Source of the DNA: Candidatus Babelota bacterium
GTDB lineage: Bacteria > Babelota > Babeliae > Babelales > Vermiphilaceae
NCBI GenBank assembly: GCA_039809905.1
Contig: JBDHVY010000001.1
Coordinates: 930,001-962,000 of the forward strand
Reading direction: 5' to 3'
DNA: 32,000 bases
Shown here: in pieces, positions 1 to 8,433 of the stretch
Position numbering within the stretch: the stretch's first letter is position 1
How the letters are laid out: the number at the start of each line of letters is the position of its first letter
Translations under genes and position numbers: made by a program
The notes under the pieces: model-generated
Databases searched by the model: none
What the model saw: the letters and a program-made list of their open reading frames with translations, nothing else
Told to the model about the DNA's origin: nothing

Positions 1-36
1 GATGAGATTTGAGAGCAGATTAAATTTTTAAGAATT

Positions 37-63
37 AAAAAAATCCCCAATGTTGTTGGGGAT
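37..63 (-). terminator. Rho-independent terminator downstream of gltX (hairpin is symmetric enough to work in both directions)
   Basis: Perfect 8-bp stem ATCCCCAA (43-50) / TTGGGGAT (56-63) with a 5-nt loop. Read on the minus strand it is followed by a U-run (A37-A42 on the plus strand). It lies 19 nt past the gltX stop codon (82-84). Confidence 0.7.
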
Positions 64-81
64 TTTCTTAGTTCTTATTTC

Positions 82-1524
82 TTAATCAATCAATGCCACT
101 ATTTTGTCGGTTCTTCTCAATGCCTCTTGACCCCCAAGCATATCAATAAGTTCAGCAATTCCTGGCCCATTCGTTTTGCCTATCATGGCAAGTCTTAAGA
201 ACCAAAATAATTCCTTCAACGGAAGATTATTATTTTTTGCTGCTAATTTTATGGCAGGTGTAAATTCTGCTGCATTTGAGAGCAAAAGATTTTTATGTTC
301 ATCGATTATTTTTATTAATGTTTCATACGTACTTGTAGGAATAGATGCTTCAATGTTGGCGCGTGTTATATTTGGTGCAATAAAATAAAATTCAAGAGCT
401 GAAATAGCATCATGTGTTGTAGTTAGCTCGGATTTAATTGTTTGCAATAATGTTGTTAATGTTGCATCATCAATGGTTTTTACTGATTCGTACGCAGTTT
501 CAAGATAAGGACGACATTGAGCAGTAAGCTTATTGGGATCATAATTCATAATCCATTGTTTATTGACCCATTTTAATTTTTCAACATCGTACGTAATGCG
601 TCCGGATGAATGAAGATTATCAAAATTAAAAGCTTGTGCTAATACATCTAGTGGCATGATTTCATCTTTAAATGATGCCCCAATAATAGAAACGTAATTG
701 GCAACAGCTTCTGGTAAAAATCCTGCATCTTTTAAATCTCGTAGTGAAAATCCAAAATCACGTTTGGAAAGTTTTTTGCCTTCAAGGTTACATAAAATGG
801 GCAAATGCCAGTAGGTGGCAAGTGGTGCATTAACTGCATGGAAAAGAGCTGCTTGATTTGCAGTATTTGATAAATGATCTTCTCCGCGGAAAATATGAGT
901 GATCTTCATAAGTAGATCATCAACAAAGTTTGCAAAAATAAAGGTAAAGCTTCCATCTTGACGAGTAATGGCAAAATCAGAAAAATTACTCATGTCAAAA
1001 GTAATGTTTCCTCTGGCTAGGTCATGGATAGTTAAAGAAAGATTATGATCACATTTAAATCGCCAAATAAACGGAACTTTGTCTGCAAGCAAACGATCAA
1101 TTTCTGTCTGTGGTAATATCATACAGGTACGATCATAGCGTGGAGGTAGTTTTAAAGCTTGTTGACGCAACCGTTTTTTTTCTAAATCTTCTTCGGTGCA
1201 AAAACAACGATAAATAGTATTTTTTTGTATAAGCTCTTCAAGTTGCTTTTGATATAAGGAAGTACGTTCGGATTGGTAGTACGGTGCATATGGGCCGCCA
1301 ACATGAGGGCCTTCGTTATATGAAAGTTGTAACCATGCAAGGTCTTCTAAAATTTTTTGTGCGTTGGGATCAAACATGCGCTGAGCATCAGTATCTTCGA
1401 TTCGTAAAATAAAAATACCTTCTTTTTGTCGAGAAAAAAGATAATTGATGAGTGCTGCACGAACATTGCCTAAATGCATCATGCCAGTGGGGGATGGAGC
1501 AAAGCGCACACGAACTTTTTGCAT
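82..1524 (-). CDS. gltX: Glutamyl-tRNA synthetase (class I)
   Basis: The translation has RFAPSPTGMMHLGNVRAAL (HIGH-type motif HLGN) and GKKLSKRD (KMSKS-type motif), with full-length GluRS-like architecture. The ORF is open to 1569. The ATG at 1524 (MQKVRVRFAPSPTG) is preceded by AAGGA (complement of 1533-1537) and gives the usual short N-terminus, so I prefer it. Confidence 0.93.
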   Translation of the reverse strand: MQKVRVRFAPSPTGMMHLGNVRAALINYLFSRQKEGIFILRIEDTDAQRMFDPNAQKILEDLAWLQLSYNEGPHVGGPYAPYYQSERTSLYQKQLEELIQKNTIYRCFCTEEDLEKKRLRQQALKLPPRYDRTCMILPQTEIDRLLADKVPFIWRFKCDHNLSLTIHDLARGNITFDMSNFSDFAITRQDGSFTFIFANFVDDLLMKITHIFRGEDHLSNTANQAALFHAVNAPLATYWHLPILCNLEGKKLSKRDFGFSLRDLKDAGFLPEAVANYVSIIGASFKDEIMPLDVLAQAFNFDNLHSSGRITYDVEKLKWVNKQWIMNYDPNKLTAQCRPYLETAYESVKTIDDATLTTLLQTIKSELTTTHDAISALEFYFIAPNITRANIEASIPTSTYETLIKIIDEHKNLLLSNAAEFTPAIKLAAKNNNLPLKELFWFLRLAMIGKTNGPGIAELIDMLGGQEALRRTDKIVALID

Positions 1525-1810
1525 TGTTTGATTCCTTATTGTATGACTATTTTCTTTAAGTTTACTCATCTATGGGTCAAAGTCCAGGGACGATGATTTT
1601 TGCTTCAATTTTTAATACCATTTCCTGTTTTTCTGCAAAGGGGCGCGCAATTTATCCCCAATCAATCTACGATACTCTTTAATCGAGATCACCCCATACA
1701 AGAGAACGAAGAATGGAGTCAAAATAGACATTGGGGGTTATAAAAGCTTTGACATATAGAGTGGTGATTTGTTATTTTTTCGAAAAGTTTTACTAAAAAA
1801 GGGTAAAGTA

Positions 1811-2089
1811 ATGAAGAAGTGTCTCAAAATAACGCTAACATCCAAAATGCCGGATGTAAAATTTCGCGATGCTATACAATCAACAGCGCGAAATCTTGAT
1901 TTAGAAGGAACAGTTCAATATCTTGAGCCTCATGAAATTGTGATTATAGCTTGTGGTTCAAAAAATAATATAGATGCTTTTCTTGATAATCTTCATGAAG
2001 GGTTTGGGGTTAATGTGCCAGAAGATGTTCAAGTTGAGCCTTTTCTCAAAGAAAAGGATTATCGCGGAATTTTTAGGGTTTTAGAATAA
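1811..2089 (+). CDS. Small acylphosphatase-like-fold protein (canonical phosphate-binding loop not present)
   Basis: The 92-aa product from ATG 1811 has AAGGG upstream; the track ORF begins at a TTG at 1769. The pattern KFR..x..A..L.L.G.V......I.IIACG....ID.F...L..G matches the acylphosphatase layout (compare E. coli AcyP VQGVGFR...G.V...ACG). The VxGxVQGVxFR loop is replaced by LTSKMPDVKFR. Confidence 0.5.
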   Translation: MKKCLKITLTSKMPDVKFRDAIQSTARNLDLEGTVQYLEPHEIVIIACGSKNNIDAFLDNLHEGFGVNVPEDVQVEPFLKEKDYRGIFRVLE

Positions 2090-2093
2090 AAAG

Positions 2094-2111
2094 AGGGCGC
2101 TCCGGCGCCCT
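2094..2111. terminator. Bidirectional GC-rich hairpin between convergent genes
   Basis: Perfect 7-bp stem AGGGCGC (2094-2100) / GCGCCCT (2105-2111) with loop TCCG. It is flanked by an A-run upstream (a U-run for the minus-strand transcript). It sits between the stop at 2087-2089 (+) and the stop of the minus-strand gene at 2142. Confidence 0.7.
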
Positions 2112-2141
2112 TCATTATGTACTATATTAGTCTGAAATATT

Positions 2142-3179
2142 TTATAACTTATTAAGTTCTTTCTTTACTGCTTGTTTTTCTTTACTGCCATTCCAATAAA
2201 GTTTGAATTGTTTTTCATATTCTTCTTTTGTTATTTTTCCTTTAACATAATAGTCTTTAAAGGCTTCCATTATTTTTGGAACATCTTCTTTATGCGGTAT
2301 TTCTAATTCATCGTTTAATTTTTTTATCCTTTTATTCATCCAATAAGACATATCCTTATATCCATTTGGCCAAATTGCACCAGTAAAAATAGTACCGTCT
2401 CTTTTTGTGCAAGATATTTCGGCATTTTCCATATTTGCTTCAGTAAAGTCTGCGTCTGTTAAATGAGCCTTAAACAAATTAGCATCTGATAGGTTAGCGC
2501 CTTTAAAGGATGTTCCTTTTAATTTAAGATGAGAAAAATCTATTCCACTCAGATCACGACCTGAAAGATCTAAATGATTGAGGTTAGAGTCAGCTTTGTA
2601 TCTGAGGCTTATGATGCGCTTTTCCATTTTTTCGAAACTGAGAGATGGAAATTTTCTGGACTGAGTAGAATCTTGGTTGATGTTTAAGCAAATGTTCTGG
2701 ACAATATTTAGCATTTCTTCTTTGAGTTGTTGCGACTTTAGATCAACAATTTCAGGCTGTTTAAGTTTTTTGTCATTGTACTCAAATGGAGTGTGCGCAA
2801 GTATGTTACAGCATGATTGAGATGCATTTATATCTTTGAGCATTATATTCTGCAATGACTCAATGGGATCGTTTTCATTTTGAACTTTGTACAGATATGA
2901 CTGAAAGTCATGAATGATCCAATATTTGCGAATAAAATAAGCCCAATTGATATCAGATTGTTCAAGTTCTAGCGAATGTTCAGGCATTTTTTTACGATCG
3001 CTCCTGTACCGTAAGAATGCAATCTTTTCATCGATAACTGTACTATATAATTCTTCAGTGAGGCGTTTGTATATAGTCTGAAGACGTTCATCTTTAAAAT
3101 TATCATCTTTTGCAGTCGCTTGACTAATAGGTAGCAATGAAAGTAATAGTATGAGTTTTTTCATAAAAATAGCCTTCAT
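2142..3179 (-). CDS. Secreted pentapeptide-repeat protein
   Basis: The tract LDLSGRDLSGIDFSHLKLKGTSFKGANLSDANLFKAHLTDADFTEANMENAEIS is a run of A(D/N)LxX-type pentapeptide repeats. The N-terminus MKKLILLLSLLPISQATA/KDD is a classic Sec signal. An alternative start at 3164 (MKKLIL) has AAGG 8 nt upstream and may be the true start. Confidence 0.85.
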   Translation of the reverse strand: MKAIFMKKLILLLSLLPISQATAKDDNFKDERLQTIYKRLTEELYSTVIDEKIAFLRYRSDRKKMPEHSLELEQSDINWAYFIRKYWIIHDFQSYLYKVQNENDPIESLQNIMLKDINASQSCCNILAHTPFEYNDKKLKQPEIVDLKSQQLKEEMLNIVQNICLNINQDSTQSRKFPSLSFEKMEKRIISLRYKADSNLNHLDLSGRDLSGIDFSHLKLKGTSFKGANLSDANLFKAHLTDADFTEANMENAEISCTKRDGTIFTGAIWPNGYKDMSYWMNKRIKKLNDELEIPHKEDVPKIMEAFKDYYVKGKITKEEYEKQFKLYWNGSKEKQAVKKELNKL

Positions 3180-3220
3180 ATTTATGATTTAAATATCTTA
3201 TAGTTTAGAATTCTGTTTTT

Positions 3221-3248
3221 AATTTAACACAAATAGAAATATTGTCAA
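3221..3248 (-). promoter_or_regulatory. Candidate sigma70-type promoter for the pentapeptide-repeat gene
   Basis: On the minus strand: TTGACA (complement of 3243-3248), a 16-nt spacer, then TGT-TAAATT (extended -10; -10 is the complement of 3221-3226). It lies about 40-55 nt upstream of the candidate starts. The spacer shares a 16-nt identity with the promoter at 6382-6409. Confidence 0.45.
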
Positions 3249-3410
3249 GTAGTTATTCAATGCTTTAGCGCGCCAAAAAATAGTTAAATAATGCTAGAAA
3301 ATCCTATTTGATTATAAAATGAAACATGCGAGAAAAATAATTAAAAAATCATTTTCAATCTATACTGATAGATGTTGAAGATTATCAATTTATTCTCATG
3401 ATAGTGCATA

Positions 3411-6314
3411 ATGAATCAATTGCGATTGAAAAGACTTTATATATTTTTTATAACCATCGTTTTTTATTCTTTTTGTGGCGCAATGCAACAGCAGATGCAT
3501 AATGAGGATATTGTTGTATTTTGTAATAAAACAATTAACGCAGAAATAATAGAACATTATTTTTCTGCGCTTGTTGTTGTTGGTGCTCTATCATTTACAT
3601 CTGATGTTGTTTTTTACAAGCAAGAGTTTTTTCATCTGCTGGGATTTAAGGAAAAGGATGAGATTAATGCCCAACACATTATTGCTGCGTTACAGCGATT
3701 TGAAAAAAAGAATAAGTTTTTTCTGATAAAGATGAATATTTCTACTGGCGATGATGGTATAGGGTTGCATTTTGTTTTTGAAAGTGAATGGACATTTAAA
3801 AAAATTAAAATTCATAACGTATACCGTGGGAAGCATTTTTTTCAGCAATTATATCTGATGGAACGAGGCGATGTATTTGATGAATCAAAACATAATCATT
3901 CTATTGTCAAAATAAAAGAATTTCTGATCCATGGTGGCTATTTTAATGCCCAAGTGAATAGTAGCTTTGAGTATGATCATTATACAAAAGAAGTGATAGC
4001 GCATATTTCCATAAAAAAAGGAGCTTGTTTTGTATGCAATGTAATCGAAGTTAATGTTATTAATGAAGATACTATTAATGATGAATTGTATGAAGATGTA
4101 CGCAAAGCTTTGACTAAAAAACTTGCACATGCCCTTGTAATGCAAACATGTACAAAAGATTTGTTGAATGCTCAAACGCATATGCTCAAAGATTATTTAG
4201 CAAAAAAAGGTTTTTTGCATAGTGCAATTGAATGTACTCAAGATGTGGATTATGATCATGCGCTTGTACGAATACAATTCACTATCACCATACATCAAAA
4301 AAGAGAAATTGTTTTTTTTGGACATAGTTTTTTTTCTAAAAAAGAATTGCTCAATAAAATATTAGACTTTGGTCAATCAGTTTGGCTATTGCCGGCTTCA
4401 TTGCTTGCAGAAGAAATCATACGAGAATATAAAAGTAAAGGGTTTTTAAACGTAGAAGTTGCCGCAAAAGAAGAAAAAGATCGTTCATTTTTTATTATCA
4501 AAGAAGGTCCTCGTGCAATTATTAAAGCTGTTGAAATAAAAAATGGAACAATATCAGATGATAATGCCATAAAGCGTTGTTTTAAAAAACTGCTTAAACA
4601 TGGTTATTTTGATACTGCATTATACGATGAAGCAATAAGTAAGGTAACAAATCTGTATGTTGAAAAAGGTTTTCTTGTATTTACGGTTGTTGATTATGAA
4701 TGTATTGCCACAGAGGTTGAAAATGAATACATACTTACCATTTTTGTTGATGAAGGAATACAAAAATATATCACGCAGGTGAGTGTTGATGGATATCCAG
4801 AACTGATGGGCCAAGGACCATTTAAAAAAAATGACGTTGATAATAACAAAGATCTTTTTGAAATTAAGATTGTCGAAGAGCAGCGTGCCTGGTTAGTAAA
4901 ACATTTTCAATCGTTGGGATATTTGCATCCGCGCATTAAGCCTATAATAGAACAGCATGATGAAAATGTTTCTATACGGTGGACGGTTGAAACTGGTGAA
5001 AAGGTTCACTTTGGCAAAACGATTGTTCTTGGTAGTTCTTCTTTTCCATTTTCATACCTTGAACGGTTTCTTTTTTATCAAGAAGGAGATTTATGGAATC
5101 AAGATAATATAAAACGATCTTTTAGAGCTCTTAAAGATTTAGAAATTTTTGAAACGATTCATTTTTCGGCTGATCATAGTAGCGCAAGTGAAGATAAACC
5201 GATTTTATTAAAATTACATCTAGATGATCGTTATGAAATTCGTACACGTGCAGGTCTTGAACTGCAACATGTGCGTAAATATCAAACATTTTCTGGCGTA
5301 ACATATAAAATTGGTGGAACAGCTCTCATTAAAAATCCAACTAATAGCGGAGATCAATTACGCTTTGATTGTGATTTTGCACGTTCTCACCGAGAAATTG
5401 TTGGTAAATATCGCCGTCCGTGGTTCACTGATAATCCTTTTTTTACGACGATGCAAGTCTATAGCATTGTGTATGATCAACCTGGTTTTATCGGAAGCAC
5501 GAACGATATATATACCTTAATACAAAATGGGTTTCTTGTTGGTGTTCAAAAAAAAGCGCGATTTTTTGATGTTGGTTGGAACAATGGTTGTGAATGGATG
5601 AAATTGCACATTAAAGATGATGAAGAATTATTATCGTTTGCTCATGCTATTGATTTTAAACCACAGCTCATTGATAAAACGGTTCCCTTCTTTTTTACTG
5701 AACCAACCATTATGTTTGAACGTCTCAATGATGCCCTAAATCCTACGCAAGGTGGTGTTAGTTTGTTTTCATTGAAAATGATGCTTCCTTTAACTAAAAA
5801 ATATAAGGATTCATTTTTCTTTAAAATATTATGTGAACAATCGATCTTTATTCCACTTAAAAAGATAGTTACTGCATTGCGATTCAGGTGTGGGCATGTT
5901 TTTTATCGTGAATTTTCCGGAATTATGCCATCCGAACGTTTTTACTTGGGAGGATCTCATTCTTTGCGTGGATATGAAGCAGATCTTGCACCGCCACTCG
6001 GAGTGTTTGTGGATGATGATGGTAAAGAGCATGTGGTACCGCGCGGAGGAAAAACAATGCTCAATGCTAATATTGAATTGCGCTTTCCCGTGTGGAGAAA
6101 AATTGGTGGGGTGATTTTTCAAGATATTGGAGCGCTCAGTGGCACCATGTTTGCAGATTTTAAAGCACAAGATCTACTTGCTGCAACGGGATTTGGTGTG
6201 CGTGTTTTTACCCCGTTGGGGCCACTGCGTTTTGATATTGGGTGGCGTTGGCGCAAGCAGTTGGCAATAGAGCGATCTTTTGCGTGGTTTTTAACCTTTG
6301 GCCAAGCTTTTTGA
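3411..6314 (+). CDS. bamA: Outer membrane protein assembly factor BamA (Omp85 family), long form
   Basis: 967 aa with an N-terminal signal-like segment (LYIFFITIVFYSFCGA). A long soluble region is consistent with POTRA repeats. The C-terminal barrel carries the Omp85 loop-6 motif GGSHSLRGYE. Terminal strands are RFDIGWRW...WFLTFGQAF, ending in Phe. Confidence 0.9.
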   Translation: MNQLRLKRLYIFFITIVFYSFCGAMQQQMHNEDIVVFCNKTINAEIIEHYFSALVVVGALSFTSDVVFYKQEFFHLLGFKEKDEINAQHIIAALQRFEKKNKFFLIKMNISTGDDGIGLHFVFESEWTFKKIKIHNVYRGKHFFQQLYLMERGDVFDESKHNHSIVKIKEFLIHGGYFNAQVNSSFEYDHYTKEVIAHISIKKGACFVCNVIEVNVINEDTINDELYEDVRKALTKKLAHALVMQTCTKDLLNAQTHMLKDYLAKKGFLHSAIECTQDVDYDHALVRIQFTITIHQKREIVFFGHSFFSKKELLNKILDFGQSVWLLPASLLAEEIIREYKSKGFLNVEVAAKEEKDRSFFIIKEGPRAIIKAVEIKNGTISDDNAIKRCFKKLLKHGYFDTALYDEAISKVTNLYVEKGFLVFTVVDYECIATEVENEYILTIFVDEGIQKYITQVSVDGYPELMGQGPFKKNDVDNNKDLFEIKIVEEQRAWLVKHFQSLGYLHPRIKPIIEQHDENVSIRWTVETGEKVHFGKTIVLGSSSFPFSYLERFLFYQEGDLWNQDNIKRSFRALKDLEIFETIHFSADHSSASEDKPILLKLHLDDRYEIRTRAGLELQHVRKYQTFSGVTYKIGGTALIKNPTNSGDQLRFDCDFARSHREIVGKYRRPWFTDNPFFTTMQVYSIVYDQPGFIGSTNDIYTLIQNGFLVGVQKKARFFDVGWNNGCEWMKLHIKDDEELLSFAHAIDFKPQLIDKTVPFFFTEPTIMFERLNDALNPTQGGVSLFSLKMMLPLTKKYKDSFFFKILCEQSIFIPLKKIVTALRFRCGHVFYREFSGIMPSERFYLGGSHSLRGYEADLAPPLGVFVDDDGKEHVVPRGGKTMLNANIELRFPVWRKIGGVIFQDIGALSGTMFADFKAQDLLAATGFGVRVFTPLGPLRFDIGWRWRKQLAIERSFAWFLTFGQAF

Positions 6315-6381
6315 CGCTTGGGCAGCTTGCCCTTGCCAGCTCGAAGAGCAAAATAGGGACATTCCATCGATTGGATGAATG

Positions 6382-6409
6382 TTGCGCAAATTTCTATTTG
6401 TGTTATAAT
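6382..6409 (+). promoter_or_regulatory. Candidate promoter with extended -10 for the first small secreted-protein gene
   Basis: TTGCGC (6382-6387), a 16-nt spacer, then TGT-TATAAT (TG at 6401-6402, TATAAT at 6404-6409). It lies 55 nt upstream of ATG 6464. Confidence 0.45.
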
Positions 6410-6463
6410 TATTGTTGATAGATTAATAAATGATCTAAAAAAATTAGTGTTTTGGGGGTTATT

Positions 6464-7078
6464 ATGAAAAACATGTTATTGTTTTGCTCGTTATTTTCTG
6501 CTACGGCTGTGATGGCTTTTGATGTTAGGCCTTTTGACCAAAAAAGTCGTGCCTGGAGCCCTAATATGGCTCGTCTAGAAGTAGAACTTCAAGCAGCGGT
6601 TAAGGCACTAAAAATAAGTAAGTTAGCTTTGGAGAAAGCGGAACAGAATCTTTTGGAAACTGATAAGCATAACCTGTATGTATCTACGAAAGAAACATGG
6701 CATTTCTGCCTTGATCAGGATAAGGATGATTATTATCATAAAAATCCTTTATGCAAAGGAATCCGTGAATTGCAAGCGGTTGCGCTCAACAAATTGAAGG
6801 AACATTCATTGTATCAAAAGCAATACCTTCCATGCTTACAAGAGCATGATCGCAATGAACAGACTGTAGCAATGTTATCGCGAGCGCGAGAATTTGCAGC
6901 AGAGCGAGGCGAGCATCATGAATGGCAAAAAGAATCTATGCTCAATGCGCTTGATTCTAAGAAATTTGAGACTGATGAGTCACTATCTAAATTTTATTTG
7001 GGTACTTCATATGATTATGCTCAAGTATGGGAACAAGCACGTCAAGATGTGCGTAAGTTTATTGAAGGATTAGAATAA
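6464..7078 (+). CDS. Small secreted helical protein, family member 1 (unknown function)
   Basis: ATG 6464 is preceded by GGGGG; the track ORF starts at TTG 6452. Signal peptide is MKNMLLFCSLFSATAVMA/FD. The protein is Q/K/E/A-rich and probably helical, with two Cys. It shares a C-terminal motif with 7843-8418 (QARQDVRKFIEGLE vs QAQQELRDFVENNIK). It shares a post-signal motif with 7167-7808 (FDVRPFD vs YDVDRFN). Confidence 0.75.
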   Translation: MKNMLLFCSLFSATAVMAFDVRPFDQKSRAWSPNMARLEVELQAAVKALKISKLALEKAEQNLLETDKHNLYVSTKETWHFCLDQDKDDYYHKNPLCKGIRELQAVALNKLKEHSLYQKQYLPCLQEHDRNEQTVAMLSRAREFAAERGEHHEWQKESMLNALDSKKFETDESLSKFYLGTSYDYAQVWEQARQDVRKFIEGLE

Positions 7079-7105
7079 AGTTTTTTAAAAATCGGTAACA
7101 TTTTT

Positions 7106-7139
7106 AGCCAGGAGCTATATTTTAGCTTCTGGCTTTTTC
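7106..7139 (+). terminator. Rho-independent terminator
   Basis: 11-bp stem AGCCAGGAGCT (7106-7116) / AGCTTCTGGCT (7124-7134) with one G-U pair and a 7-nt loop, followed by TTTTT (7135-7139). Confidence 0.8.
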
Positions 7140-7166
7140 TCCGGATACTCATTAAAAAATATAGGA

Positions 7167-7808
7167 ATGCTGGTGAATGTTTTGAATAAAAAATACTTCT
7201 TATTAATGGCCTTATTTAATTCGTGTGTTGTGATTAATAGTTACGACGTAGATAGGTTTAATATAGACAGGGAACATCTAGAAAAACTCATGAAAGAATC
7301 AGAACAAAAACAAATAGAATTGTGGAAAAAGAAAGCGATAGCAACTCAAAAATATTTACAAGATAATCCTGAGGTTCTAAAGGATCTTCAAGAGGCATAT
7401 GCAAACTTAAAGAAGAAACCAGAATCGATAGCGCAGGATGCATTAAGAGATCAGCATGGATATAGAGATCGGGGAGATTGGAACAAAAAATTCCAACTAA
7501 TGAATGAACTAAGCAAAAAATGTGAAGAGAGCAGAAAACCATTATTTTTTAGATATATACCGAGGTCAATATTTTTTGGTGAACCAGATTGCAAAGAGCT
7601 TGATAGGTTGCGTGGTGAAGACCGCAAGTTTGTTGCTGAAAGTATACGTTTAGGCAATATCATTTCTGCTTCAGATGAAAAGACAGAAGTTGAAAAAATA
7701 GAAAAAAAAATAAGAGACGAAGTCCGTGGTGTATATGGTTATAACTATGAAAAATTAGATATTGCCGATATGGAAGCAGAATTAAAGAAGTTGCGGATTT
7801 ATGAATAA
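7167..7808 (+). CDS. Small secreted helical protein, family member 2 (unknown function)
   Basis: 213 aa with a hydrophobic N-terminus (KKYFLLMALFNSCVVINS). Charged and probably coiled-coil-rich. It is in tandem with the neighbouring small secreted proteins. Confidence 0.7.
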   Translation: MLVNVLNKKYFLLMALFNSCVVINSYDVDRFNIDREHLEKLMKESEQKQIELWKKKAIATQKYLQDNPEVLKDLQEAYANLKKKPESIAQDALRDQHGYRDRGDWNKKFQLMNELSKKCEESRKPLFFRYIPRSIFFGEPDCKELDRLRGEDRKFVAESIRLGNIISASDEKTEVEKIEKKIRDEVRGVYGYNYEKLDIADMEAELKKLRIYE

Positions 7809-7842
7809 GAAAATGGTATGTAAATAATTTTTATGGGCTACA

Positions 7843-8418
7843 ATGAAAAAAATAATAATTTTGAGCTTCTTTTTTATATCGAATCTATTTGCTGATAATG
7901 CAGTACATAAAGCTATTATGAGGCAAGAATTTGATAGAGTTAAAACTGAAGCTGCTCAGCAATATAATGAGCGAGCTCAACACAAAGCTGTATTGCTTAA
8001 AAGTGATCAAGCAAGAGAATACCTTGCCGCTCAAAAAGATTGGTTTGATAATAGCTGTGCTCATAATACATCTGTAACATGTCAGAATATCAGTCAAAAA
8101 TTACAAAAAGCGTTAGCTCTTTTACAAAAAACAGAAACATATAATCAGCATTATGCACCAGTGCTTAAAGCCTATTATGTTAATGAAAAGAAATATGAGA
8201 TTCTTGGATTAATGGTAAGCATTTCGGTGCAACCAGAACAACTGAATCCGGCAATTAATTCAATTAAAGATCAAATGCTTTATGCAATAGATAGCATGAA
8301 AATAGAAGATAATCCTGAATCATCAAAATTATGGCTCGAGTTTTCATGTGATCGTGGTGCATTGCATAAGCAAGCACAGCAAGAATTACGCGATTTTGTA
8401 GAGAACAACATAAAATAA
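7843..8418 (+). CDS. Small secreted helical protein, family member 3 (unknown function)
   Basis: Signal peptide MKKIIILSFFFISNLFA/DN. The central W..(C)..C..I...LQ.A...L.K...Y.Q.Y.P.L segment and the C-terminus are alignable by eye with 6464-7078. It lies 34 nt after the previous gene. Confidence 0.75.
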   Translation: MKKIIILSFFFISNLFADNAVHKAIMRQEFDRVKTEAAQQYNERAQHKAVLLKSDQAREYLAAQKDWFDNSCAHNTSVTCQNISQKLQKALALLQKTETYNQHYAPVLKAYYVNEKKYEILGLMVSISVQPEQLNPAINSIKDQMLYAIDSMKIEDNPESSKLWLEFSCDRGALHKQAQQELRDFVENNIK

Positions 8419-8433
8419 TTATAAGGACGATTG

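Noticed and set aside
6119-6367. Minus-strand 82-aa ORF spanning the bamA 3' end
   Set aside because: It overlaps the conserved C-terminal barrel strands of bamA in antisense, and no independent support is visible.
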